From the NCBI GenBank assembly GCA_021801565.1, contig JAJYXV010000015.1:23839-87838 (forward strand): a DNA stretch of 64,000 nucleotides, given 5' to 3'. Each line of letters begins with the position of its first letter. The stretch's first letter is position 1. Shown piece after piece: positions 29,030 to 38,760 of this stretch. A model generated the notes under the pieces. It saw only the letters and a list, made by a program, of their open reading frames with translations. It was not told where the DNA came from and searched no databases. This DNA comes from a bacterium. Its GTDB lineage: Bacteria > Patescibacteriota > Minisyncoccia > UBA6257 > GWB1-50-10. Made by a program: the position numbers and the translations under genes.

Positions 29030-29177
29030 ATCCCGTACAAATTTTTTGTTTCGCTATATTTATAATATGAATCTAAATATTAATTTGTGGGCACACAAGG
29101 GATTGAACCTTGGACCTTCTCGGTGTAAACGAGACGCTCTACCACTGAGCTATGTGCCCAAAAAATTTGTACGGGAT
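29030..29177. repeat. perfect 18-bp inverted repeat (ATCCCGTACAAATTTTTT / AAAAAATTTGTACGGGAT) bracketing tRNA-Val plus a 40-nt AT-rich spacer
   Basis: Arms at 29030-29047 and 29160-29177. Confidence 0.8.
29088..29159 (-). tRNA. tRNA-Val (anticodon TAC)
   Basis: GGGCACATAGCTCAGTGGTAGAGCGTCTCGTTTACACCGAGAAGGTCCAAGGTTCAATCCCTTGTGTGCCCA forms a canonical cloverleaf. The acceptor pairs GGGCACA with TGTGCCC. Confidence 0.9.
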
Positions 29178-29319
29178 GTAAACGGATTAGTCCTCTCCCA
29201 CTGAGCCCCGCCTGCCGGCGGGCAGGTAAGCGCGCAAAAACTATCATAATCAATTTAACCGAAGTTTATTGAGTATGCAAATATATGATATAATGAACCT
29301 GTAAAAATGTATTAAGTAA

Positions 29320-30000
29320 GTGCAAATCAGAAGTATTATGACCCGTCTAAAAGATAGAGAAAAAGCAATTAAATTACGAAAACAAGGAAAAAGTTACAGC
29401 CAGATAAAAACAATTATTGGCGTGAATAAGGGGACATTAAGTTATTGGCTAAAAGATTTTCCACTTGAAGAAAAACGACTTCGAGAATTGCGAGACTGGA
29501 ATCAAGTGCGTATTGAACACTATCGAAAAACAAGAACTCTAAAAAGAGAAAATATATAAAAAGAAATATATAAAAAACAAAAGAGCGCTATATTTCCACT
29601 CTCTAAAAGAGATCTTTTTATTGCCGGTCTTTTCTTATACTGGGGCGAGGGCTCAAAAACAAGATTTTCAGAACTCGCTGTTGCCAACACGGATCCTTCA
29701 GTGCCAAAATTTTTTATTTATTGGGTCACCGTTTTTTTGGGTATAGAAAAGTCAAAAATAAAAATACACCTTCATCTCTATAGTGATATGAATATAGAAA
29801 ATGAAACGACATTCTGGTCTGAAACATTGAAAATCCAAAAAAAACAATTTATGAAGCCTTATATAAAAGATTCTTTGTTTAAAAAGATTAATCGCGGATC
29901 ATTCGGTCATGGTACTTGCACGATAAGAGTTGGAAATGCTAAAGTTGCTAAAGAAACCTTAATGGGATTAAGGGTGATTCAAGATCATTTCGGCCCGTAG
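29320..30000 (+). pseudogene. HTH + LAGLIDADG-like putative homing-endonuclease/transposase-related gene interrupted by one in-frame TAA (29557)
   Basis: ORFs 29320..29559 and 29701..30000 are in the same frame, and the intervening codons encode KEIYKKQKSAIFPLSKRDLFIAGLFLYWGEGSK... The N-terminal HTH is KAIKLRKQGKSYSQIKTIIGVNKGTLSYWL. The ORF stop overlaps tRNA positions 8-10. Confidence 0.5.
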
Positions 30001-30062
30001 CTCAGTGGTAGAGCAACGCCCTTATAAGACGTGGGTCGCAGGTCCGATCCCTGCCGGGCCGA
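29991..30062 (+). tRNA. tRNA-Ile-like (anticodon TAT), atypical
   Basis: CGGCCCG TA GCTC AGTGGTA GAGC A ACGCC CTTATAA GACGT GGGTC GCAGG TCCGATC CCTGC CGGGCCG A. There is one C-A mismatch in the anticodon stem and an unusual T-loop (TCCGATC). Confidence 0.5.
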
Positions 30063-30063
30063 C

Positions 30064-30094
30064 AAAAAAAATCAGCACAATGTGCTGATTTTTT
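30064..30094. terminator. bidirectional terminator
   Basis: aaaaaaaatcagcacaatgtgctgatttttt. Confidence 0.8.
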
Positions 30095-30107
30095 AGTTTT
30101 ATAGATA

Positions 30108-31523
30108 TCATTTCATTACTATCTGTTTTATTCCCGATGCTTTAATAATTTCGTTAAATTCTTCCTGTTCAATCGTTTCGTTTTCCATAAGTTTCCGTGC
30201 GATAATATCAAGTGTGTCTTTATTTGTAGTGATAATTTTCTTTGCTGTTTCAAGTGACTTTTTCATAATCACATTCATTTCGGAATCAATCATCTCTCCC
30301 GTTTTTTCCGAATAATCTTTTTCCGAAGAAATCTCGCGTCCCAAAAACATAAGTTCATGATTTTTTCCGAGTGTCCGTGGACCAATCACATCGCTCATTC
30401 CATATCGCGTAATTGCTTTATGTGCAAGATCGGTTGCATATTGAATATCGCTCGATGACCCAGTGCTTACATCCTTAAATATAATTGACTCTGCGGCATA
30501 TCCACCAAATGATACCGCGAGATCGGCAAGAAATTGCGCCTTTGTTTTCAATCGTCGTTCTTCGATCGGAAGTTTTAATGTATATCCTCCCGCCATCCCA
30601 CGGCTAATAATCGTCACTTTGTGTACCGGATCACTATCTTTCAGTGTTGCCGCAACAAGTGCGTGTCCCGCTTCGTGATACGCAGTGATTTCTCTTTCTT
30701 TTTGAATCGTCACGCGCGAACGTCGTGCGGGACCAAGTAATACTTTTTCAATTGAATTTAATATGTCGTCCTGCGTCACCTTCTTTCTTCCTGCGCGCGC
30801 AGTTACAATTGCCGCTTCATTTAAAAGGTTTGCAAGATCTGCGCCAGAAAAACCCGGCGTACGAGTTGCCACTACCTTCAAATTCACTGATTCATCAAAT
30901 GGTTTTCCCTTTGCATGAATCTTCAAAATATCCTCACGATCGTGAAGATCGGGCATATCAAGGAGAACGCGCCGATCAAAGCGTCCCGGACGAAGGAGTG
31001 CCTGGTCCAAAATATCGGGACGATTGGTTGCTGCCATCACAATTACATTGGTATCTCGTTCAAATCCATCCATTTCTACAAGTATCTGGTTCAGCGTCTG
31101 TTCGCGCTCGTCGTGTCCGCCCCCAAGTCCCGCTCCGCGTTCACGTCCCACCGCGTCTATTTCGTCGATAAAAATGATTGAAGGAGCTGCCTTTTTTGCG
31201 GTTTGAAATAAATCGCGGACACGTGATGCGCCAACCCCCACAAACATTTCAACAAATTCCGATGCCGAAAGATGAAAGAAGGGGACATTGCTTTCTCCTG
31301 CAACTGCACGAGCGAGAAGTGTTTTTCCGGTTCCCGGAGGACCCATTAAGAGGACTCCGCGAGGAATTTTTGCACCAATATCCAAAAACTTTTTCGGATT
31401 TTTCAAAAAATCCACCACCTCCTCCAACTCTTCTTTTGATTCTTTCAAACCCGCGACATCTTTAAATGTAATTTTGTCTTTATCTTGAGAAAAAAGACAA
31501 ATATTTATTTTTCCAAATGACAT
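30108..31523 (-). CDS. ftsH: ATP-dependent zinc metalloprotease FtsH, AAA+ and protease domains
   Basis: AMSFGK...[14 protein letters not shown] Walker A, DEIDAVG Walker B and the HEAGHA zinc motif. Confidence 0.85.
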   Translation of the reverse strand: MSFGKINICLFSQDKDKITFKDVAGLKESKEELEEVVDFLKNPKKFLDIGAKIPRGVLLMGPPGTGKTLLARAVAGESNVPFFHLSASEFVEMFVGVGASRVRDLFQTAKKAAPSIIFIDEIDAVGRERGAGLGGGHDEREQTLNQILVEMDGFERDTNVIVMAATNRPDILDQALLRPGRFDRRVLLDMPDLHDREDILKIHAKGKPFDESVNLKVVATRTPGFSGADLANLLNEAAIVTARAGRKKVTQDDILNSIEKVLLGPARRSRVTIQKEREITAYHEAGHALVAATLKDSDPVHKVTIISRGMAGGYTLKLPIEERRLKTKAQFLADLAVSFGGYAAESIIFKDVSTGSSSDIQYATDLAHKAITRYGMSDVIGPRTLGKNHELMFLGREISSEKDYSEKTGEMIDSEMNVIMKKSLETAKKIITTNKDTLDIIARKLMENETIEQEEFNEIIKASGIKQIVMK

Positions 31524-31550
31524 TGCTTGAATTGCTCAACCCTTCGCCTG

Positions 31551-31973
31551 TCAAAAAATAAACCAAAATAAAAAAATCATAAAAAATATTGGGAGAAGCG
31601 TAGGAATTAAAATACCCATCCAATATTTAAATCCGCTCGGATCCTCGACGGTAATATTTACCTTTCTTAGTTTCTCCTTATCAACACCATAATTTGAAAG
31701 TGTTTCTACAATACCGCTCTCGCTTTCTTTTTTTGAGAGCGCGAGAGAATCATCGGTGAGCGTAATCTTTAAATCGTTTCCGCTAATTACGATGTTTTTT
31801 ACTCCATCGGTGTTTACCTTATCTGCAAGTTCGCTCATATTCATAGTCTTCGGTGGTGTTCCTTCCATTTCAAAAAGAAATGAAAAAATAACCGTGACAA
31901 ATAAGAGAAGTGTAATCGCAAAAATAAGATTTTTACTTAAATTTTTCATATGTTTTCCACTATCATAACGCAT
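31551..31973 (-). CDS. ftsH: FtsH N-terminal membrane/periplasmic domain (same frame as 30108..31523, separated by two TGA codons)
   Basis: TM1, a periplasmic domain and TM2 (WMGILIPTLLPIFFMIFLFWFIF). The frame continues [13 protein letters not shown]. Confidence 0.6.
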   Translation of the reverse strand: MRYDSGKHMKNLSKNLIFAITLLLFVTVIFSFLFEMEGTPPKTMNMSELADKVNTDGVKNIVISGNDLKITLTDDSLALSKKESESGIVETLSNYGVDKEKLRKVNITVEDPSGFKYWMGILIPTLLPIFFMIFLFWFIF

Positions 31974-32039
31974 TGGCGTTTTTCTGTAAAATGGAAATAA
32001 AAAAAGCCATACGTGGTATGGCCTTCAAGTTTAATATAA

Positions 32040-32315
32040 CTATTTTTCTGTTTTAATCTTAATAAAATATTTTATCCTCTCTGATACCGAATCAAAATCA
32101 AACTCCGATTCCGGCTTAAAATCAATTGAGGCCTCTTTTCCGTTCGGCAATGTTATTCTTGCTGTAATCACTTTTGGTCCATTTTTTCTCATGGACGTAC
32201 ATTGCGCCGAAAATAAACTTATTTCCTCCCGCTTTTTAAATTTTTGGAGTACACTATTTACCGTCCCCTGGAGGGAATCGATTTTTTTCTGGAAATTTTT
32301 TCCGTAAATTACCAA
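32040..32315 (-). CDS. possible ribosome hibernation factor (RaiA/HPF-like), short
   Basis: 91 aa. MVIYGKNF...LQKFKK...KVITARITLPNGKEASIDF...FDSVSERI fits the HPF-like pattern only weakly. Confidence 0.4.
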   Translation of the reverse strand: MVIYGKNFQKKIDSLQGTVNSVLQKFKKREEISLFSAQCTSMRKNGPKVITARITLPNGKEASIDFKPESEFDFDSVSERIKYFIKIKTEK

Positions 32316-32457
32316 GATATTTCTCCTTATAAAAATGAATATTCAGTTAAATTGCCAATACGTACAATAAAACAAAATAAAAATATTGCAAGTACTCCTA
32401 AATTATCGATGATAAAGAGTATAAAAACCCCCGACAGCTGTCAGGGGCTCTACCGCC

Positions 32458-33549
32458 TTATGACTTCAATTTCAAAAGAATCTTTCTTTCATTTGGAACC
32501 AAACTTTCTATAGTAAACGAATATTCCTTTCCAATATTCAACTGTTTTTTCATCTCCTCAACGCCCCCAAACGAAGCAACGTGTATCTGACCCTGTATTT
32601 CTCCATCAAGATTCACAATTGCTCCAAACGGATGAAAACTATGTACAATTCCGGAAATTTCTTGCCCTTCTTTGTATTTTTCTCCCACGTTTATCCACGG
32701 ATCAACACGAAGTGCGCGAAGTGATAATGAAATTTTTCCATCCCTAATATCAGTAATTTTTGCTTTTACCGCATCATCAATTTTTACAACTTCTTTTGGA
32801 TTTTCAACAATACGATACCCGAGCTCGGATACATGAATAAGTCCCTCAAGCGCCGGATTGTCAGTAAATCGGACAAACACACCAAAATCAGCAACGCCGG
32901 ATACTACACCCTCAATAATCTGGCCCACTTGATAATTTTGTACCAATTCTTTTGTGCTTACCTCGGTCGCTGCTTTTTCAGAGACAATGAGTTTATTTGT
33001 GCGAGGGTTCACATCAATAATACGCACCTCAACTTCTTTTCCTACCAACTCTTGAAGCACTTTTTCTATTTCTTCTTTATTATTTATCGTTCTTCCTTCA
33101 AGACCATTTCCCAATTGCGAAACAGGTAAAAACGCCGGAAGCCCACGAAGTTCGCCAAGTAATCCTCCTTTATTAAAGGTGGTGAGCTTCACTTTTACTA
33201 TCTCTTCTTGATCTCTTAAATCTTGCACTTCTTCCCATGCTTTTTGTTTATCGGCTTGAGTAAGAGAAAGCTCAATATATCCATCCTCATTATCAATCTG
33301 CACCACTTTTGCACCAATCACATCTCCTGGTTTCAAACTTTTTACCACATCGCGTGCATTCTGAAGTTCCCCGCGATACACCGCCCCCACACCGTTAGCA
33401 CCTAAGTCAATAGTCATCATGCGCACTCCTTTTTCAATAATGGTGCCTTGCACCAAATCTCCGACACGAAGCAAATTTAATGCTCCGAATTCTGATTTTA
33501 CAAAATCGTTTGGCATACGATCTTCTTGTTTTATTGCATTCATAAACAA
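32458..33549 (-). CDS. rpsA: 30S ribosomal protein S1 (4 S1 domains)
   Basis: Repeated S1 OB-fold motifs (GDLVQGTIIE, GQIIEGVVSGVADFGVFVRF, GQEISGIVHSFHPFGAIVNL). Confidence 0.8.
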   Translation of the reverse strand: MFMNAIKQEDRMPNDFVKSEFGALNLLRVGDLVQGTIIEKGVRMMTIDLGANGVGAVYRGELQNARDVVKSLKPGDVIGAKVVQIDNEDGYIELSLTQADKQKAWEEVQDLRDQEEIVKVKLTTFNKGGLLGELRGLPAFLPVSQLGNGLEGRTINNKEEIEKVLQELVGKEVEVRIIDVNPRTNKLIVSEKAATEVSTKELVQNYQVGQIIEGVVSGVADFGVFVRFTDNPALEGLIHVSELGYRIVENPKEVVKIDDAVKAKITDIRDGKISLSLRALRVDPWINVGEKYKEGQEISGIVHSFHPFGAIVNLDGEIQGQIHVASFGGVEEMKKQLNIGKEYSFTIESLVPNERKILLKLKS

Positions 33550-33699
33550 ATTACGTATTTACTAAGATATGAGAAAAAGTAGGCAGTGTCAACCCCGCAG
33601 TAAAAATTCAACTGAAATTCGATGGGATAACTGTATTAATTGAAAAGAGATTGTTTTTGGCATAAAATATACTGGTAACAATGCGTGCGCTTATTTTTT

Positions 33700-34275
33700 A
33701 TGATTATTACATATCAAGGAGATAATTATTTTAGAATCCAATCGGGGGAACTTACGGTATTGGTCGACCCGACAAATGGACGTTCATTTCGCGGCGCGAC
33801 CGTCGCAATAAATACAGTTCTTCCGTCATCAACCGATGCCCCAAAGGAAAATGAGTGTTTTTGGATTGAACATCAGGGAGAATATGAAGTACGGGGAATT
33901 CGTGTTGACGGGTGGAGTGCGGGAAATGAAGATGAAACAGAAAAAACAATCTATAAAATCTTATTTGAGGATATCTCAATTGTAGTCCTTGGACACCTTT
34001 CAAAAGAACCGCCACAAAATATTTTGGAATATCTCGAACACCCCGACGTACTTATTGTCCCTGCGGGAGGAAAACCATGGATCTCCCAGGCAACGGCCGC
34101 AAAATTTATCCGCCAAACAGAACCAAGTATTGTCATCCCGTCGCTCACCTCAGATCCGAAGTTATTTCTTAAGGAACTGAACCAAACACCATCTCCAAAA
34201 GAAGAAAAGTTTGTATTCAAAAAAAAGGACCTTACTCCCGGCGCAATGACAATAAAATGCCTCGAGGTAAAATAA
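33700..34275 (+). CDS. MBL-fold metal-dependent hydrolase-like protein
   Basis: MIITYQGDNYFRIQSGELTVLVDP resembles the N-terminus of the UPF0173/MBL fold family. The track start is 33685. Confidence 0.5.
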   Translation: MIITYQGDNYFRIQSGELTVLVDPTNGRSFRGATVAINTVLPSSTDAPKENECFWIEHQGEYEVRGIRVDGWSAGNEDETEKTIYKILFEDISIVVLGHLSKEPPQNILEYLEHPDVLIVPAGGKPWISQATAAKFIRQTEPSIVIPSLTSDPKLFLKELNQTPSPKEEKFVFKKKDLTPGAMTIKCLEVK

Positions 34276-34284
34276 ATAAAATTC

Positions 34285-34722
34285 ATGCCAGTTACGTTCT
34301 ATCATAATGTGAAAAAATTCATAAGAGACGTGCAACGATCCGATGTGGCGAGGAGAAAAAAATGGTTTATCGGCGGATCTTTTATCTCCGTACTTTTTAT
34401 CCTCATTCTTTGGGTGATATATGTGAATATTGGATTTCCAGCAGTTGAGCCATCAATACCAGCGATAGAAAAAAATATTCAAACACAAACAGAGCAAAAC
34501 AGTGCGGACGAATCAATGTTTCAAATATTTGAGAGGGGAATAAAAAACATTTCAAATGATTTTAAAAAACAATATGATGTATTTAAAGAACATATAGAAA
34601 AGGGGATTGGTTCATTGAGGAGCGGATTGGAAAGAAAAAACACGATGTATATCCAAGGAGCTCGACTCAATTTTGTTCTCGACGGACTTGATCCTATTCC
34701 TTCCACTCATCTCCCACAATAA
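34285..34722 (+). CDS. hypothetical membrane-anchored protein
   Basis: 145-aa ORF with one TM helix. Confidence 0.45.
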   Translation: MPVTFYHNVKKFIRDVQRSDVARRKKWFIGGSFISVLFILILWVIYVNIGFPAVEPSIPAIEKNIQTQTEQNSADESMFQIFERGIKNISNDFKKQYDVFKEHIEKGIGSLRSGLERKNTMYIQGARLNFVLDGLDPIPSTHLPQ

Positions 34723-34724
34723 CT

Positions 34725-37184
34725 ATGGAAAAAGAAAAACCAAAACAAATACAACGAACAGAAGATCGTGAAATCACTGATGAATTAAAAGATTCATATA
34801 TTAGTTATGCAATGTCGGTGATTGTTTCGCGCGCACTTCCCGATATTCGCGACGGATTGAAACCGGTGCAACGGAGAATTTTGTGGTCTATGTGGGAATC
34901 GGGTCTTACTGCATCAGCAAAATTCAGAAAATCAGCGAACGTGGTCGGAGGAGTAATGGCGCACTATCATCCTCACGGTGATATGTCTATTTATGATGCG
35001 CTTGCCCGTATGGCACAAGACTTTTCGCTCCGTTATCCGCTCATCAATGGACAAGGAAACTGGGGATCTGTGGACGGAGATGCGCCCGCAGCAATGCGTT
35101 ACACCGAGGCAAAACTATCAAAAATTGCAGAAGAACTTTTAAACGATATTGAAAAGGAAACTGTTGATTGGGGGGGGAATTATGACAACTCAAAACTCGA
35201 ACCGAATTATCTTCCCGCAAAACTTCCACATCTTCTCTTAAATGGAACAATGGGAATCGCAGTCGGAATGGCAACGAGTATCCCCCCACATAATCTCGGT
35301 GAACTTGCCGATGGCATTATGTATCTTGCCGAAAATCCAGATACGGACGTAAAAGAACTTATGAAGTTTATTCCGGGACCGGATTTTCCCACCGGAGGAA
35401 TTATTTATGACCACAGAGCAATTGAAGAAGCATATGCAACAGGAAAGGGGGCTGTAACCATGCGCGGGGTTGCACAGGTTGAAGAACGAAAAGGCGGGAG
35501 TTTTCAAATTGTCATCACTGAAATTCCCTACCAGACGAATAAAGCAACGCTGGTGACAAAAATTGCTGAACTCGTCCAAGAAAAACGCATTGAGGGCATC
35601 CGTGATCTTCGCGACGAATCAGATAGAGACGGTCTTCGTGTAGTGATCGATTTAAAACAAGACAGCTCACCACAAAAAATATTAAACCAGCTCTATCAGT
35701 ACACGGAACTCCAAAAGAATTTTTATTTCAATGTGCTTGCACTCACTAATGATCTTCGTCCAGAAATTCTCTCATTGAAAGACATTCTTTCCGCATATCT
35801 TGACCATCGAAAGATTGTGGTTCGACGGAGAACTGAATTTGATCTAAAAAAAGCAGAAGAACGCGCACATATTCTTGAAGGACTCGTAAAAGCACTTGAT
35901 GTTATTGATAAAATTATTTCAATAATTAAAAGGTCAAAAGATAAAGAAGATGCGGCGGCAAATCTGATAAAAAACTTCAAACTCACCCCTACGCAGGTGC
36001 AGGCAATTCTTGAGATGAGGTTACAAACACTTGCGGCGCTTGAACGACACAAACTTGAAATAGAGCTTGCTGAAAAAAAGAAACTTATTGCAGAGTTGCA
36101 AACGATCTTAAAAAATCCGAAAAAAATCATTGACGTAATTCACAAGGAACTTGAGGAGATAAAGAAAAATTTTTCTGACGACCGGAGGACGAAAATAGTG
36201 GTGTCAAGCCTTAAGGAATTCCGAGAAGAAGATCTTATTCCAAACGAAGACGCGATTATTACTTTAAGCCGCGATGGGTACATCAAGCGTATGCCACCCA
36301 CAAATTTCAAATCACAGAAACGTGGGGGAAAGGGACTTATTGGATTTGAATTAAAAGAGGAAGATCTTATTGAAACATTCATTTCAACAAACACACACGA
36401 CAACATCCTTTTCTTCACAAACCGCGGAAAAATGTTTCAAACAAAAGTATATGAGATTCCTGTTGCGCAACGTACGGGGAAAGGGAAATCGATTTATAAC
36501 TACCTTGAAATTCCTGCGACTGAAAAGGTAAGTGCTATTGTCTCATACCCCGATTCTGATGCAAAAGACAAAGATAAGTGTCTGGTTATGATTACAAAAG
36601 AGGGAAATATAAAAAAGACACAACTTAAAGAATTTGAAAATGTAAGGCGAAGCGGAATCATCGCAATTAAACTCAAAGAAGGGGATGACTTAAAGTGGGT
36701 GAATGTTTCTTCTGGAAGTGACGAAATTATTCTCTCGACCGCGCTTGGGCAAGCAATACGCTTCAAAGAAAAAGATGTAAGACAAATGGGAAGAACTGCT
36801 GCGGGTGTGCGTGCAATTCACTTAAAGAAAAGTGATGAGATTGCGGGACTTGATATAATAAGGGGAGGAAAAGATATAAAAAACCTGAAATTGCTTTCTG
36901 TATTGGGTAATGGATTTGCAAAACAAACTCCGATCAAAGAATATAAACTACAAAAACGTGGGGGGTCGGGAATAAAAACAGCAAAGGTTACCGAAAAAAC
37001 AGGAAAAGTAATTGCAACACGTGCAATTAATGATGAAATCGAAGAGGTAATTGCATTTTCAAAAAAGGGGCAAGCGCTTAAAACAAAACTAAAAGACATT
37101 CGCATCGCAAGCAGAGCAACACAGGGAGTGCGTATTATGGATCTCGAAAAAGGGGATGAACTCATCGGGGTGGTATGTCTTTAA
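34725..37184 (+). CDS. gyrA: DNA gyrase subunit A
   Basis: [26 protein letters not shown], the active-site Tyr region [10 protein letters not shown], and C-terminal beta-pinwheel repeats. Confidence 0.95.
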   Translation: MEKEKPKQIQRTEDREITDELKDSYISYAMSVIVSRALPDIRDGLKPVQRRILWSMWESGLTASAKFRKSANVVGGVMAHYHPHGDMSIYDALARMAQDFSLRYPLINGQGNWGSVDGDAPAAMRYTEAKLSKIAEELLNDIEKETVDWGGNYDNSKLEPNYLPAKLPHLLLNGTMGIAVGMATSIPPHNLGELADGIMYLAENPDTDVKELMKFIPGPDFPTGGIIYDHRAIEEAYATGKGAVTMRGVAQVEERKGGSFQIVITEIPYQTNKATLVTKIAELVQEKRIEGIRDLRDESDRDGLRVVIDLKQDSSPQKILNQLYQYTELQKNFYFNVLALTNDLRPEILSLKDILSAYLDHRKIVVRRRTEFDLKKAEERAHILEGLVKALDVIDKIISIIKRSKDKEDAAANLIKNFKLTPTQVQAILEMRLQTLAALERHKLEIELAEKKKLIAELQTILKNPKKIIDVIHKELEEIKKNFSDDRRTKIVVSSLKEFREEDLIPNEDAIITLSRDGYIKRMPPTNFKSQKRGGKGLIGFELKEEDLIETFISTNTHDNILFFTNRGKMFQTKVYEIPVAQRTGKGKSIYNYLEIPATEKVSAIVSYPDSDAKDKDKCLVMITKEGNIKKTQLKEFENVRRSGIIAIKLKEGDDLKWVNVSSGSDEIILSTALGQAIRFKEKDVRQMGRTAAGVRAIHLKKSDEIAGLDIIRGGKDIKNLKLLSVLGNGFAKQTPIKEYKLQKRGGSGIKTAKVTEKTGKVIATRAINDEIEEVIAFSKKGQALKTKLKDIRIASRATQGVRIMDLEKGDELIGVVCL

Positions 37185-37208
37185 GGATAAAAAGACATTA
37201 AAAAATGA

Positions 37209-37327
37209 ATCCTGTTAGAAATCGCGATCACAAAAATATATCTAACTTAATGTATATAAATATTAGTCGAACAATAATTATCAATCGTAGACCGTGTCGT
37301 TTATTCGCGGTCTATTTCTAACGGGAT
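37209..37327. repeat. inverted-repeat element (ATCCTGTTAGAAAT ... ATTTCTAACGGGAT) ending at the ATG of the 37326 gene
   Basis: 14-bp arms with one mismatch, enclosing the internal hairpin tagaccgtgtcgtttattcgcggtcta. Confidence 0.6.
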
Positions 37328-38639
37328 GAATATTTCAAAACCACAATTTATTATTTTCGCAGTGATTGCTGTGGTTATTCTTGTAATTACCCTTATGGTT
37401 TCCTGTGTTATTCCTGGAATGCAACGATGTGCAAACCCAGGACTCCAAATTGAGGGTACGCTTGATTTTTGGGGAATAGGAGATGACCAAAGTGCATATG
37501 AACCAATTATTACCAACTTCAAAAAACTTTATCCAAAAGTGGAAATAAAATATCGCGGATTCAATACACAAACCGAATATGACCATGCGCTTCTTGAATC
37601 AATGGCACAAGGAAAGGGTCCCGATATATTTATGGTGTTAAATAGTGCTGTTCCAAACAATACGGGAAAAATGTTGCCAATGCCCCAAACACTTATTCCA
37701 TTTGCTCAACTCCAATCCCTTTTTCCAAAGGTAGTGGAACAGGATTTCTTTCCACAACAAACCATATACGGACTTCCACTTTCTATTGATACGCTTGCGC
37801 TTATTTACAATAGAAATTTTATTGATCAAGCCGCGATACAAATACCAAAAACATGGGAGGAATTTCAGGATGTGGTAAAAAAACTTACGATTGTTGACCG
37901 ATCAAAAAAAATTATTCGGGCGGGAGCAGCAATTGGGGGGTCAGCAAAAAATATTTCTACCGCGCCAGATATATTAAGCCTCCTTATGCTTCAAACTGGA
38001 ACAAAAATGATTTCGGATGATTTTCAATCGGCAACATTTGCATCTCCCGAAGGGAAGGACGCGCTCCGTTTTTATACCCAATTCTCAAATGGGACAAGTG
38101 ATACATATACATGGAACGAAACAATGCCGAATGATCTCGACGCATTTGGACAAGAAAATGTTGCAATGATTTTTAATTATGCAAGCGCTCTCCCAGAAAT
38201 ACAAAAACGTAATGCGTTCATCGATTATAAAATTGCACCAATACCACAACCCGCATCGGCAGAAAATCATTCAATTTCGTATCCAAAATACTGGGGGTAT
38301 GCTGTATCGCGACAAAGCAAGACTCCCGATGTTGCTTGGCAATTTGTTCTCTTTATGACCACCGATGAACCCTCGGTAAGGTCTTATCTTACAAAAACAA
38401 AAAAATCTCCAGCACTCGACAATCTTATCCGAAGCGAATATATAAACAATCCGGAACTCGGAGTATTTGCGAGACAAGCGCTTATTGCCCGTTCATGGCC
38501 ACAAATTAATAACATTGCAGTCAATACTATTTTTTCCGACATGATTGAATCTGTTGTTACCAATCAAAGCACTGTTGAATCGGCAATTAATAGGGCACAG
38601 GAAGAGGTGTCACAACTCATGGGCCAGCGGGCATTTTAG
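37326..38639 (+). CDS. ABC transporter extracellular solute-binding protein (sugar family)
   Basis: Signal/TM anchor followed by an SBP_bac_1-like fold (KVEIKYRGFNTQTEYDHALLESMAQGKGPDIFMV). Confidence 0.75.
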   Translation: MNISKPQFIIFAVIAVVILVITLMVSCVIPGMQRCANPGLQIEGTLDFWGIGDDQSAYEPIITNFKKLYPKVEIKYRGFNTQTEYDHALLESMAQGKGPDIFMVLNSAVPNNTGKMLPMPQTLIPFAQLQSLFPKVVEQDFFPQQTIYGLPLSIDTLALIYNRNFIDQAAIQIPKTWEEFQDVVKKLTIVDRSKKIIRAGAAIGGSAKNISTAPDILSLLMLQTGTKMISDDFQSATFASPEGKDALRFYTQFSNGTSDTYTWNETMPNDLDAFGQENVAMIFNYASALPEIQKRNAFIDYKIAPIPQPASAENHSISYPKYWGYAVSRQSKTPDVAWQFVLFMTTDEPSVRSYLTKTKKSPALDNLIRSEYINNPELGVFARQALIARSWPQINNIAVNTIFSDMIESVVTNQSTVESAINRAQEEVSQLMGQRAF

Positions 38640-38716
38640 AAAAAAATTATAAAATAATTAGTTTTTAAGATTAAAAATTTATCTAAGAGGACACACTCAT
38701 GTCTTTTCTAGATGAA

Positions 38717-38752
38717 TTTAATATTGTGGAGATAAATAAAAAGTAGTATATA
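38717..38752 (+). promoter_or_regulatory. sigma70-like promoter TTGTGG-N17-TATATAAT immediately upstream of pilin-like gene
   Basis: ttgtggagataaataaaaagtagtatataat. The ATG lies about 9 nt downstream, so the leader is very short. Confidence 0.45.
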
Positions 38753-38760
38753 ATAAAAAA

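Noticed and set aside
30108-31973. Genome-wide alternative genetic code (UGA=Gly/Trp, code 25/4) as the explanation for the ftsH TGAs
   Set aside because: TGA clearly terminates other genes here. The HD-domain gene ends at 15509-15511 with a perfect terminator 9 nt later, and yraN ends at 16248-16250. All other long ORFs are intact under the standard code.
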